A stretch of DNA of 64,000 nt, from the NCBI GenBank assembly GCA_965637545.1, contig OZ281495.1, positions 12,276,001-12,340,000 on the forward strand, read 5' to 3'. A program made the position numbers and the translations under genes. Shown piece by piece: positions 23,653 to 37,300 of the stretch (the first letter of the stretch is position 1; every line of letters starts with the position of its first letter). The stretch is from Phallusia mammillata (taxonomy: Eukaryota). The notes under the pieces were generated by a model that ran no database searches, was not told the DNA's origin, and was given only the letters and a program-made list of their open reading frames with translations.

Positions 23653-24548
23653 ATGCTGATAGGGCGAACTATTTATTCCTGTTGTTCAGGACTGACTAAA
23701 TTTGTTTTAACCAACGGTTTGAACGGCCGTTGGTTGTATGGCTTTCAAAAGGATACGTTGAACAGTTTAAAGCAGAATAAAAATTTGTCAACAACCAGCA
23801 ACCAGAAGTTTCCCGCCTTGAAAACAATTGTTGAGGATGGCAAAGATTTTTCTGATATGACACTTTATCGACTTGATGAAACAGATACAGCTGATGTTCA
23901 GAAGTTGATCAATGAGCATTACATACCGAATTGGCCGTTTCTTAAAGCTGCATACTTTGACGCAGCGAAAGTGAGAAAGGCGTTTCATCAAGCCATAGAA
24001 AAAGATATTCAAGGCAACACTTCTTTGGGTAAGTTTTATTTGGAAAAAGTTCGATTATCAGGGGATTTAACTAAAAAAACAAGCTTTGCTTTACAGGTTT
24101 GAGATTAAAGTCCAACGGTGAACTTATTGCTTGTATCATTAGTTCGGTACAAACGAAGCAGAAATCCACAAGCAATGATGAAACCTGCATTCTGCCAAAA
24201 TACTCGCGATTTAAGTCATGGTGTTTCCGAGACGTTTATGCTCAATTAAACATCGACCGTTACCTTTACATTGGCTAGTTAACAGTTCACCCACACTACA
24301 CCAGACGCGGACTCGGAAAACAATTGATTTTTGCCAGTGAAGATATGACCCGTTTTGCAGGCTGTAATAACTTGGTAACAATGCCTGTCAATGCACATGC
24401 GTACAAACACCTCGAGTCATTAGGTTATGACGTTTTGCACGAGATACGCTTGATTGAATATGTGGAACATGTCACTGCTGGAACAAAACCTTTTACGATC
24501 GAGAATCCTCCACATACACATGCTGTGGTTTGTAACAAGAATGTGTAA
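23653..24548 (+). pseudogene. iAANAT-like GNAT copy B with an N-terminal extension and one premature TAG
   Basis: Exons 23653-24028 and 24097-24548 (68-bp intron), highly similar to copy A. In-frame TAG at 24276-24278 where copy A has AAG; the frame is otherwise open to the homologous stop. Confidence 0.75.
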
Positions 24549-25142
24549 CTGTAAACAGTTTAAGCATATACTAATCAAGAAAGATCCAATTGGCTTTCAT
24601 TGCCATTTTCTGTGTTTTTGTCTGTATTTTCATCTTCTCCTCAGGATAACATACGATATGTGTGGTGTTTGTTTACTACGTTCTGTCATGTTTAGAACAG
24701 TTTTACCTAAAGTGCTACAACACCTCAAAATGTGTGTTCATATTTTGTGTACATTACAAATATCCTGACAACATACCTTATACGGCTAACCTATAATCGA
24801 AATAAATGTACAGTAAGAAAAAAAAACGTTTTGCATTTATTCCAAAGAGATTTTGCTAAAAAATACGTTTTATAAAATTATATTGTGGTTTGAGATTACG
24901 AAGTATAAATACTGAAACAGAAATAACAAAATACACTTGTTATGGCGCATGGGCGTTTTAGTTGGTTTATAAAGCAGTTAAGATTTAATATAGTTTTTTT
25001 TCCGAAGCAAACAAAAGTTTATATCTGGCTATAGGAATCGATGCGTTGGTAAGTTTATTGACACGTATAACGTTACATCGTTTGTGAATACAAAAACAAA
25101 TAAACACTGAAAAGGGAAAGAAACGATTAAGATTGCGTAAAC

Positions 25143-25356
25143 CAGTGATTCTCAAACTTTTTTTTGTTGCGACGCCTCTGGAAAAGTCTTCTGGACTTGC
25201 GACGCACCAGCAAATAAAAGTCAATTAAGAAACTTATTATTAAAGTTGTGTTAATTGATACAACAACAAAATTACGAAACGGAAATATTCTGCGACGCCC
25301 TTGGAAAATTGAAACGACGCACCAGGGCGTCGCGACGCACAGTTTGAGAACTACTG
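25143..25356. mobile_element. hAT MITE
   Basis: TIRs CAGTGATTCTCAAAC / GTTTGAGAACTACTG; perfect 8-bp TSD GCGTAAAC. Confidence 0.9.
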
Positions 25357-25492
25357 GCGTAAACGATCTGTTTGCGCAAACCAAAAATTTCAAAGAATGA
25401 AAATTGTTAAATATTGTAACACAATCATAAAAACCAGTTTTTCGGCGCAAAAAGCTAAAAAAATGCTTTTCAGTTAACGAAAATGCAACTAG

Positions 25493-26408
25493 TTACAGGT
25501 GCTTGTGGCATATCACAGCATGAGTATGTGGTGGATTCTCCCTGGTAAAGGGTTTGGATTTTGTGACGTTGTCTACGTAATCAATTAATCGTATTTCCCG
25601 CACGACATCATAACCCAATGATTTAAGATTTTTCAATGTAAATGCATGGGCAGAAACCGCTACTATGTTACTACAACCGGATAGCTGGACAACTTCTTCA
25701 AACGAAATAGCCAACTGTCTAGCTATCCCAAGTCGGGCGTAACTTTGATGAACAGTCAACAGACTTATGTTGTAAAATTTGTCAGTGTTTGAATGAGTAT
25801 AAATGTCTTGTAAACACCATGACCGAAACCGTGTAAATACGGGTAGATTCCAGTTTTCTTCGCGGATTCTTGATACCTGATGGTTCGTGTGAACCGAGCT
25901 CAATAAACACGCGATGAGTTTTCCGCTTCCATTCAATCTTACACCTGCACATGGATCGTAAAGCAAATTAATAAGCTTATCTTTAATTTTGCTATATTTT
26001 GTAATTCCAGAATGTAAGCCTACAAACAACAGCAAGTCGTTAATGTATATGTAAAAGTATGTTTGATTAGTTAGTGGAATACTAAAACCAAAAAAAGTAA
26101 AAATGTTTCTCACCTAAAGAAGCATTGCCCTTGATATCTTCTGCTAATATCTCATAAAACGCGTTCCTCACTTTTACTGGGTCAAAGGAGGCAGCTTTGA
26201 ACAGCGGATAATTCGGTATGTATTGCTCAGTGATCAACGTTTGGACCTCAGTAGTATCAGTTTTGTCAAGACGGACAAGACTCATATTTTGGCCGAGGGC
26301 AGATGCATTTGTGGATACTGTGTGAATTTGACCGCTGTTGGTCTGAAGTGGTTGCTTGGAACAAAATGCAGATCTAACCAAACACAGTTTTTTGAACATG
26401 CGGTACAT
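25493..26408 (-). CDS. iAANAT-like GNAT copy C with a presequence-like N-terminus
   Basis: First ATG at 26408 (MYRMFKKLCLVRSAFCSK...). Exons 26408-26114 and 25944-25493, using the acceptor homologous to copies A and B; an in-frame alternative acceptor at 26020 would add 25 aa. Motif LTVHQSYARLGIARQL and terminal ENPPHTHAV are present. Confidence 0.85.
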
Positions 26409-27413
26409 TCTAACAAACACTCGCTTAATCGATTGGATTTACCACGAAAAACCTAAATAAAAGAAGTATTTCATGCGCCATGTCGGTTGGAGTTACTTGT
26501 TACCGTGGGGTGAGAAATTCGTTACAACCAAATATATATATACTGGATATAACGATGAGAGTGCCGTTAATTACTATCTACACACCTTTTGCGGCAAAAT
26601 CGCCATTTAAAGCTCAATAAATTAGCGTCTTCGTGAACGGAGCGTGGTAATAAATTAGCATGCTACTAAAATTTGTCATTGAGGGCCGGTCTGCAGCAAA
26701 CTGCTTCATTTTCGTTGGTCCGTAAAGCGAAAAAGTTTACGTGAAGGCAAACTTCTGCTTTCTTTCTCCCTTATCGCTGCTTAGTTTGTTAGTTCCTACT
26801 ACAAAGCGGTAATGTTTCACATTACACTTTATCAAACTTAACTCGCACTGATTATATCACTTCAAATGAAAGTTACATATAGATACATGCGTTTGTAATT
26901 GAAACATGTAGTTTAGTTAAATGTAGGACAACTTGCGCAGTCATCAATGCGTCATAAGTCACAATAGTGGAGTGTGCCATCCAGTATGAATAATAACTAT
27001 ACTGCGTTTAAGCATCAACCTACATCGTACATTTTTTGCTACTTTTAACATGAACGGATCGAATAGAAAAGGAAAGGGACGTTAGTGGATCGGTTTATTG
27101 ATTTTTGAAAACATAATACCAGGAACAATATTCTACCATCGGCAATTAGATGAAACAACACATTAGACTCCATTACAGCAAGTTTAAAGTATACATATGT
27201 AAAAAGGAATATACAGAGAGCAATGGATACAAGAAGATATATATTTTTTGTTCTCAGACTTTTAGACAATAAACGCTTACCAAAAATCAAAAAAATCAAA
27301 TAAACAACTACAAATGATCAAACAATGAGATATAAGTAAGGAATAAACGTTGTTTGCTTGAACTGCTGGCGAATGTAGCTAGTAGATATCTCTTATTTTT
27401 CAGATACCGTTAA

Positions 27414-29701
27414 AGGGCCCCGGCAGCGGCGATGTGACTTTTTCTACATTTTAGCCATTTAGAATTGCCATAATTCAGGGATTCCGAATCACTAATTTTT
27501 TTGGTCCTATGGTTTGTCGTTTTCGAGATATTCAATCAAACAATGAGCTCTCGAGCGACACCTTGGTTTAAAATGCAGCAGCGATTGTTACGTCACCTCG
27601 TACCAACTTCTAACAATGGCACAGGTCAGCTGTTGTTTTTGTTGCTTGTTTTGCCTTTGATGTGTACATTTTTTACTGTTTACAACTGATAAAATTAACG
27701 TAGACACTTAGTTGACCGTTAAGGAATATATAACAACTGTTTGCTTAAAAAGGTAGGTGTTTTGTTGTTGACAAAAGCTATTTTCCACGTAACAGACTTA
27801 TTGTAGGTGTTTATGTACTAACTATGTGATAATGGAGGAAAGAAAATCATGCGTTTGTTGCCATGAAATTAGTAAGTGCAACAGCAGTCAGCCAAGTTCA
27901 ACGAATATTCTGGGTCGAATCTGCTTTGTATAAATGCACATCCTGGATTTGAATATATGTCTCAACGTGTATGCATTAGAAGCAGCATATTATCGATTTA
28001 AACGTCAATTCGGAAATCATGATGAGGGTAACACCTGTCACGAGTAAGTTTTACTGTACTAACCACTAACATGCAATATGCCACCAGCAACCTCTATGTA
28101 TTCAGGCTTTACAGATATACTGCCTACAGAAAATTTGTTGAATGGTGCTGGGGAAGACTTCAGAGTTACGTTGACTGACAGCCACTTGACAACTATAAGT
28201 TGTGAATTCCCTTGTGACGTTGCTGCACAACAATACATGTGGTTGCATATGCTTTTCACCCAAGGTCCCAACTCTTTGCAATATGCTTTGTTAGAAAGTG
28301 CTGTCAGTTTCTTTTGGACTTCTAAATTCAAAACCATAAACACAAATATACTGCTCATCTTTTATTTTCTTCATACTTGTAGCTACATGCCAAACATAAT
28401 GTTTTGTTTCTGACGATTCTTCACTAATGTATTTAATGATTTGTGGATGCCTGTCAGTCACAAAGTCTTAAATAAACAATCCTTTGCTTGTGATGCTTTC
28501 AATGCATCCCAAGAATCCTTCTTTTTCCATAGCATTGCTGTTTGCCACTTCATTGCCCTAGAAAATATTATGAAATTACCAACTGAATACCTGAACAAGG
28601 TTAATAGCAACAATTTTATTGTTGCAAAGATCCACCATTGTGTATGTACCAAATTTAGCTGAGTGTCCAGGGAAATCTGCAGTTAATTTACTTCTGGTAC
28701 CCCATTTACGAATTCCTGACTTTTCCACTTATTTGCAACAGAGAGCAGTACAATCTTGAGCCACAGTCACAAGTGAAACAATTTTTTTTTATGGTGGGCA
28801 CTGTGGCACCTTGACATTTCGGGCAAATTTTTAGGTGAAGAAGTTTTCTTTTACACACAATATATTTTGGTTCATAGCTTACATTGGGTGGTTCCCTACA
28901 TGAAAATGTATTGATATTATCACACCTTTTTTTCATAACCACACTTTTTTGTTATTACCAAGTACATGGCATGACAATAAACCAAGTTAGTTTGTATAAT
29001 GGTAATATTGAAGACTATAATGTTAAATGAGATTATGTCAGAATAAAATGAACTAAAGCATACCATACGCTGTGTGACTACTTTTCTTGCAGCTTCTCTC
29101 ATTGCCATGTCTTGCTGAAGAAGAATGTTCTCATAAATACATGGAATGGCATTTGGCTTTAACACCACAACTTTGCCATACCCCTGTCATACCGCAATTT
29201 ATTTGTGAAACATTCATCTGTGAAATGTAGGCTACAAAGAACATTGCATTTTGTTGGTCCCTTCCACTTTCTTTTCATGTTAACATATTTAATCCAAGCT
29301 GACCGCAATCGCTTTATACTTGGAAAGCGAAATAGTGTCATATTGCTGGCCTTTTGATTTCCTCTCGAATAGCAACCATAGAAAGGACACACTGCAGGCA
29401 TTTTTGCACACTTGAGTATAAAAATGAAAGCAATTAAACACCAAAATACCTAAACTGACTAACGTAATTGGCGTCGCAAAATGTTATACAACAAACAAGC
29501 TCCAAACCAAGTTGGTACGAGGTGACGTCACATGACGTTTGAGCTAAGTGACAAAATATCCGCAGGGTGTCAGTGTTTTTAGATTTAGAACGTAAATATT
29601 TGACTGGTAACTTCGATTTTTGTGGTTTTAAACCTGGAATCGTGTTTCTAAAAATACGACAAACAACATATTAAAAAATAATTTTCCGGTGCCGGGGCTC
29701 T
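27414..29701 (-). mobile_element. Degenerate Kolobok DNA transposon (THAP domain plus DDE transposase remnants)
   Basis: TTAA TSDs at 27410-27413 and 29702-29705; TIR AGGGCCCCGGCA / TGCCGGGGCTCT. The minus strand from 29401 encodes a THAP domain (CPFYGC..FRFP..W..LCSLHF..LKPNAIP, with a frameshift), then PGHSAKFGTYT, MEKEG, VTDRHPQI and PWVKSICNH..KWLSV segments with stops and a truncated C-terminus. Confidence 0.85.
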
Positions 29702-30205
29702 TTAATGCACACGGGACGAGTTAAATGCAAAACCATGCATCCAACAGGAAGCGACCTACATATAGAGCGGTGTCGTTTTACATTTTACACTTAAAATGTA
29801 TCTAATATTGTTCTGTCATGTTACTTTGTGAAATGAACTATGTTTGGACAAACTGAGTCAATGCAATATTTATCGACTCACGACATTATCGTTTTCAAAA
29901 ACTTTAAGTAAATTTTATATAAGCATCACAGAAAAGCACCCCATTTAGCATTACGAAATATGGATTTACCTTTACCAGCCTGCGTAGATGTTAATTTCCG
30001 ACTAGCAGTTGTGAACAATTAAAGAAACTGTTCGCCTTTTTATTTAAATTCTTTGCACCGTAAACATAGGCTATGCAAAACTTTATCTGTAATTGTTTAC
30101 AAACGTAACTAGCATTCAAACTAGTTTTTAGTATAAAACTGGATCTGAGCTAAATCCAATTACACTTTCGTAATTTAACAAGTTAACTTTACTCCTGTCA
30201 CATAA

Positions 30206-32849
30206 ATGGGAAGGCGATCGACTTCGATATTTTTTGTATCTGATTTTGTGATGTTTAGTGTGTTGGGGGTGTTACTTCTCAATGCCCTTTTAGTTTCAGG
30301 TATGTACGAAAGAGTATTTGTTCACATCGTGGCAACTATTTTTTTGTTCGTCCCACGAAAGTCATGACCAAACATTTTTAATTTTAGGTGCTTCTTTGAA
30401 TTCATCAGACACGAATTCACGCCCAAAAAGAAATGTTGTGCCGAGAATAATAGGTAAGTCAGCTGTTGGATCTGATGGTGTTAGATTGGGTCTAATTTAA
30501 ATCGATGTATGTTTTGCCTGAAACGAGTTTATGTAATAAAGTACCATTTGAATCCGAATACATCTCTAATTACTTTGATCGCAAATATGTTTTTCTAATA
30601 GATAGAGGACCAAAAAAGCACAGTGCCGATAAAATGATCTTTATTAAAATTTACATTGTTTCGTTTTTAAGGGGGAACCTACGCAGAGCCAGGAAAGTGG
30701 CCTTGGATGGCTTTAATTTATACAACTTATTACGGGATTACAGGGGGTCTTTCCTGTGGAGGAAGTCTGTTGAATCACCAATGGGTGCTAACTGCAGCTC
30801 ACTGCGAAAGGCAAGCCGATAGGTTTAACTGTATTTTTACAATATAGACAAAGTGGAACGCTCAAGCTGCTTCGCAAAATTTAATGATATAAATGGTTGT
30901 GTTGTTAAATCGTTCTTGATAGTGGCGGTTTTGTCTTGTACTAAAGTACCCCCCAAACTGGTTTCCTGTCTCTTTGTAATACGCAGAAGCATCGCATAAA
31001 TTTTGCGGCAAAATCAAGATTTCTTTCCAACTTGTAAAGACAAGTAGCAAAAGCATTAGAAAGTGTTATTTTGCTTTGCTGATTTTGGCAACACAAACTA
31101 CTAACCAGATTTATTCAACAGACTTCTGTTTTCTCCAACTGCACGCGTCGCTTTGGGACTTCACAGTCGCACAGCTCTTACAGGACAAGAGCAAATTTTT
31201 AACATATCAAGAATCATCATACATCCGAACTTCAGCAGACCCACTTTTAACTACGATGTTGCACTGATCAAGGTTACTTAAGAATTGATCACACAGTCCT
31301 GTTAAGTGATAATTTCTGCAAATTCTGCACTAGCACGATTTAACGCTTTCAAACGTTTTTGCACGTTGTCATAGAAGGCTACCTATTTTGGGTCAAAATG
31401 ATATGTTTTAAAACCGCCAGTGGGCGCTGTAACCTAACACAAGCGAACTGTTTCAGGGAGCCTTTCCCACATAAAATGCCAAACCGAAACGTTGAGATTA
31501 TATGGATTTTCATCTAAACATGTTGTTTTTGTTCCTATTTCTCTACTTACATTACCGATTTTTAATTTGAAGCTTTCTCGCCCGGTTGTGTTGAATATAA
31601 ATGTGACCTCTGTTGCCATTGTACCACCTGGAACACGTACAGATAACACTCACGATCCTAGTTTTATCTTATCCGAATGCTATGCAACTGGATGGGGAGC
31701 TGAAAGTAAGTGCCACAGCTTAAAAAAATTGTTAATTAACCTCTCCATTTGTTAAGAATTTCAAAAGGCACCACATTAAGGCTAGGCTAATTCTCTTCCT
31801 GTATTTCTTTCTCTATTGAAATAATTGTTTTGTCATATTCATGTCGCTTTATAGCCATTACTTGTTTCAATAGAATACCTATAATCAATCAAACGCAATT
31901 GTTTAATGCTTCGGTGAACTATAGGCTCCTTTTTTCTGTTAACAGGTGCGCCAAGGGGACCACCAGGACAAATTTTGAAACAAGTTCGTTTGACGATTTT
32001 TCCTCGCTTGTTATGCTTACCTGCAACTTCGAAGTTTGGCCGAAAAAAAGTTCATGAATCTGATCCCAAGTTTTGTGCCGGAAGAACTGATTTTGTACCC
32101 AAAGACACTTGCAGTGTATGAACAATCCCACCTATAGTGCTTATTCATTTTTAGAGATAATTTAAGCAGAAGTATGTGCTCAAACACACAAAAAAGAATG
32201 TTTAAATACCGGTTTACGCGGGGTGTGTGTAATAAGCTTTATTTAATTTGTGCAAATAATTTGTGCAGAGTTGTAGATATTTAATGTCAATTTGGACAAG
32301 CATTTTTTTGTTTGCAGGGAGATTGCGGTGGACCATTTGTCTGTCGGCACAACGACACAAAGTATTATGTTCACGGTATTACTTCATACGGGAGAACGCG
32401 TTGTGGTCACACATCAGAACCTGGCGTATATGTAAAGGTACACTTAAATACGATATACCTTTTCCGATAAAGTGATTGCTCCTTTTTTCAAGTACCATTT
32501 TGCCTGTTAGGGTAAATCGTTTCCCTCATAAAAAGAGGGTTTTGGGTCATGGGGGGCAAACATTGCTCGTTTACAAACAATTGACCAATTTTCATTCTTT
32601 GAAAAAGGAACATTTATGGAGGTGTATTTTTTAATACTGTACAATTGTCGTGACGTAGTATGTAATTTTAGACGTAAAGCTGTTGTTTTGCCTTTGGCTG
32701 AACCAAAGCACAGCATTGCAATGCGTAAAAATTAGATAACGTCGGATGGCAACACTTCTCGCTGACACACTAAACGTGAACAAATGCTTTTACAGGTTGC
32801 TAATGTCTCAAGCTGGATCAACCAACAAATGTATTGCGGTAACCCATAG
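30206..32849 (+). CDS. Trypsin-family protease P1 with catalytic Ser replaced by Cys (GDCGGP)
   Basis: Exons 30206-30299, 30388-30453, 30672-30810, 31122-31272, 31573-31705, 31946-32115, 32318-32437, 32796-32849. Signal peptide; activation site PR|IIGG; TAAHC; NYDVAL; KDTCSGDCGGP (TGC at 32324-32326). Intron 3 has a GC donor. Confidence 0.88.
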
Positions 32850-34312
32850 ATGCAATGAAGAATTAACTACAATTATTGTTACCCCTCCATGATTGATTTT
32901 TTACATTTGTATCTAATGACAGCATTGTAGCGTATATTTGGAAATAAAAAAAACAACGTAAGAAACGTTTTGTCTATGTTCTTGTACATTACAAATTGTT
33001 GGTGAAAAGTTGATAAATGTAGGCATGGCGATGAACCCAAAGGAACAAATACAAACATATAAGTTGTTTTATTAACTGAGAAAAAAGCAGAAAGTCTACA
33101 TCTGCAAGTATTATACAACAAACACAAACCACATATATCATATTAGTATGTTAGTTAGTGAAGTGCGACCAATCCGATTAAGCGGTATTTGACGTTTGCT
33201 TAATTTATTGCTTTTAGTGGTGCACGCGGTTTGTAAGCGAGGCACTAAATTAAACTGGCATTTTACTCCGTAAAGGTTTAAACTTTAAACGAAGGTTGCA
33301 ACTTCATGTTTTCATGGTTTTGCAAGAAACAGTAAACTTTTTCAAAGGGACAGAATTTAGCTATGCTATTCTATGTCGTAAACGCTGCTTTGCAGGCTAA
33401 GGCTGCTCTTTTCCTAAGTTATATGTCAATAAAGTTAGTCGTTTTTGAATTTTTTTTGCAGATTTCAGCAGCTTTCGCTTTGCTCGTTAATACTCACGTT
33501 CTGTCTGAAGTCCTGTAGTTATTTATTTAGTTGTTGTATAGGAATACGATGAAAAGTAAGGCATAAAACGTGGCGCTGGTTGTTACAGGATAAAAGTGTC
33601 GTCCGTTTTGGCATGTCAGCAAAGTGCAGATGGGAAATATTTTGCATGTGCGAATCCGCAATGAAACAAAACGCTTATAGAACGAAAAGCGGTTGAATCC
33701 AAAGCCAAGAGACTCGAAAAGACAAAAACGTGCTGGAATGCAGATGGTCCAGCAGTGATGTATAAATCAATAACATATATACATAATTTAACGAATACAG
33801 CACAAAATACTTTTTATTTGATCCAACACGCTTAAAGTGTGCGGGAGTCACAAAAACTACTGGTTTTAAAAATGCATAAACTACATATAGAGTGGAATGG
33901 TTTACATGTATCAACGTTTGATTGTGTGCAAGTGTTTTAGTCATACTACTTCATTCATTTATAATCATAAAATGTTTTGATGCAAGTTTTTCATTTTTGA
34001 AAACAATACAGTTGACTATTTGCAAGCATAAAAGGAATGCCTGGAATATAGCTTCCCAAACATTTGTCTACCACGAAACACCCTTGTTGGTTTCTCAGTA
34101 AATGCAACTAAAGTTTTTTTTATTTAAATTAGTTCGGCTACATAAATTATGTTAACACCTTTTGTTTAAATTCCCGGATGAATAAATTATGCAAGCTGAT
34201 GTGTTAATAAGCGTAACTGTGTTTATACGCGTCTCTAGTATAAATGCTTGCTTCTAGTGTAACACAACTTTGTTTAACTAGTGTATCAAGTTAACGTGAG
34301 ATTTCGCATACA

Positions 34313-37300
34313 ATGGTTAAGCTAGTTTCGTTTTTTGTATCCAATTTTCTGACGACTACTGTGCTAGGGTTGTTACTTCTGAATGTTGTTGTTAATTCAG
34401 GTAAGTACGTAAATCTATGAGTGTATACACTCTTGCATCAATACATCGGCGACTTTTACGTTGTTAACAATCCCCAATTAAACGTAATCTTTTATTGTCA
34501 CGACTAAACTTCTTTGAATTCAAGGATCTGACTTGAATTCAGCAGACGTCATTTCTTACCCTAAAAGAAAAGTTGAGAAAAGAATTATAGGTAAGTTATC
34601 CGTAAAAATTCCAAAGCGATCTAAAACCGTTAAAAATAATGATCAACGATGGCGGCAAAAGGTTTAGTCTAGTTTTTATACACACACGATGTGTCTCAAA
34701 TTAGTTGTTGTGTAATCGACTGCAATCCAACAGGTTGTTATAGTATTCGACCATGGAATTAATTGAAATGTATCAAAAAGGTTTCTTCATCGAGCTTACT
34801 GGGTTTGTTTTCAGGAGGGACCTACGCACAACCCGGAAAATGGCCTTGGATGGCTTTAATTTTTTCAACTCTTTATGGGATTGAAGGAAAGCATTTCTGT
34901 GGAGGAAGTCTCGTGAATCACCAATGGGTGCTAACTGCGGCTCACTGCGATCAGCAAGTCTTTTGTTAACGTTTTTTTTACATTACGCATTAGGGTAAAT
35001 GCTTAAAGTTCTTTACAAAATATACATCAAAAATAAGTAGCTTTTTATGTCTGTGTCTGCAACTTGTCCTATTCACCGACGTTTTAACTCAACCTTCGCC
35101 AGGTGACTGTGAGCAATTCGCTAATCACATGTGCAATTCATCCGTACAATTGATGCAAGACATTTTTCGTTTTGTGAGCAAAGCAAGATTATTACAAACT
35201 CTAGTAGGAATAATTATGAAATTTTAATTCAGTACGTACTGTTTGTACACGCTAATTCACTAATTTAAGTAGTATTAAAATGTTACACAGAATTTTCCTT
35301 TCTCCAACTGCACGCATCGCTTTGGGACTTCACAAGCGTACAGCTCTCACAGGACAAGAGCAAATTTTTAAGTTAGCAAGAAGTGTTATTCATCCAAACT
35401 TCAGCAGACCCACATTGAACTACGATGTAGCACTCCTCAAGGTAAATTGTTACAAAACCCTCCATGAAATACTAATTATCAGACTGCTATTACCAATAGT
35501 TTAAAAAGAGGTGGCGATTCATATCAGTTGATTTTTAAAGAGAAATTTAATAGTTAAATTATTAAGTCTTTATCAAACGTTATCCCCCTTTGACTGTGTT
35601 TCTGAAAAAAATGGTATCCGTTAGTGGGCGCCATATTGCCACAAATCGGTCTCGAAGACTTGGTCGAATAGTTCAGGGCGCTTGATCGAGATTTGTTCTC
35701 GGGAACGTCTTGATTTAACCCCCCTGAATAAACGTAGCAAACTTACTTTAAATGATTATATTCCAAATCTTACATTTACAATTTTATTTTTGATTTTAAG
35801 CTTTCTCGCCCTGTTCTATTCAATATAAATGTGACCTCTGTTGCAATTGTACCACCTGGAACACCCACAGATAACAACTACAGTCCCAATTATATCTCGT
35901 CTGAATGTTATGCAACTGGATGGGGAGCTGAAAGTAAGTGACTGTACGCAAAACGCAATTTATTGAAAATAAAAAAGACGCTACATTTTACACTAAACAA
36001 GCCTTGCGTTAAACTTGGTGGGATTCTGTTGAAATATTTTTTAAGGTTTTAAGTCTGATAGCTAACAAGATCGAAGCATCCCGTTTCAGTCATGTATTAC
36101 ATAAGAATGAAAGCAATGTTAATCAAAAATACGATGAAATATTAATATATTTTGATGACATCTTGCATGTGAGTTGTGTTTTTCAACCAACAGGCGCCCC
36201 ACTAGGCCCACCAGCACAAGTTTTAAGGCAAGTTCGGTTGACGATACTACCTCGCATGCTTTGCTCGCCTGGAACTTCAGAGTTTGGCCAAAAGCAAGTC
36301 CATGAAACTGATCCCAAGTTTTGTGCCGGAAAAACTAATCCCATTCCCAAAGATACTTGCAGGGTATGAATACTTTAGTGTTTGATGTTTAATTTCAACT
36401 CATCGGTTAGTTAAAAAAAAGGGCACAGCAAATGAATGTTATGTGGGCTTTCAAAGTCGTGATTTTTTTTCCTGCAGGGTGACAGTGGTGGACCTTTCGT
36501 CTGCAAACATAACGACACGAAATATTATGTTCACGGTATCACCTCATACGGAAAGACCAGTTGTGGCATTACATACGCACCTGGCGTATATGCAAAGGTA
36601 GGGCTACAATGATAAAAGTTTTAACAGCTGTACTCCATTTTACCTGTTTGACTCGTTTCGGGGACTTTACAGAATAAACTGATTTTCGGCGTAGCATATA
36701 AACTTTTTGGTATGTTTTTGAGATTGTAAGCATTTTCATTCTCTGAAAGCCAATGGTTCTCAACCAGTGCCCATGGCCCCCCAGGAGGGCCACAAGCTGT
36801 TGTTCGAGGGGGGCACGGGTGTAGAGTCACCAGAAACAACCACTAAAAGCTATTTTTTAACTTTATTTCCTAATTTAATCGACTGTTTCATATACCATTT
36901 GTCCATATTGAAGTTTTTCACGATTACGGACTCTTGTTTACTCTATTTGACCTGTTTAGAGCTGAAATTAGTACCGAATTCCAACACGAGATTGCAATTT
37001 ACATTTTTTAAGGGGGGCACAGGCCCTACAGGGTTACTTGAAGGGGGCCACGAGGCCAAAATGTCACTTTTAGGGGGCAACGGGTCACGAAAGGTTGAGA
37101 ACCACTGCATTAAACGAAACATTTTGCCTATTACGGCCTTAAACCTTAAATGTTTTCTCTGTGGAAATTTTTATTTCGACTAGCTTTATTGATCCAAAAA
37201 TGAGAACATTGCTTGTTGGATATACTATGTTTACAAAACAAATACCCAACGAAACACTGGCCTTTAATTTAAAAGTCAACTATGTTAATTGTGAAATGCG

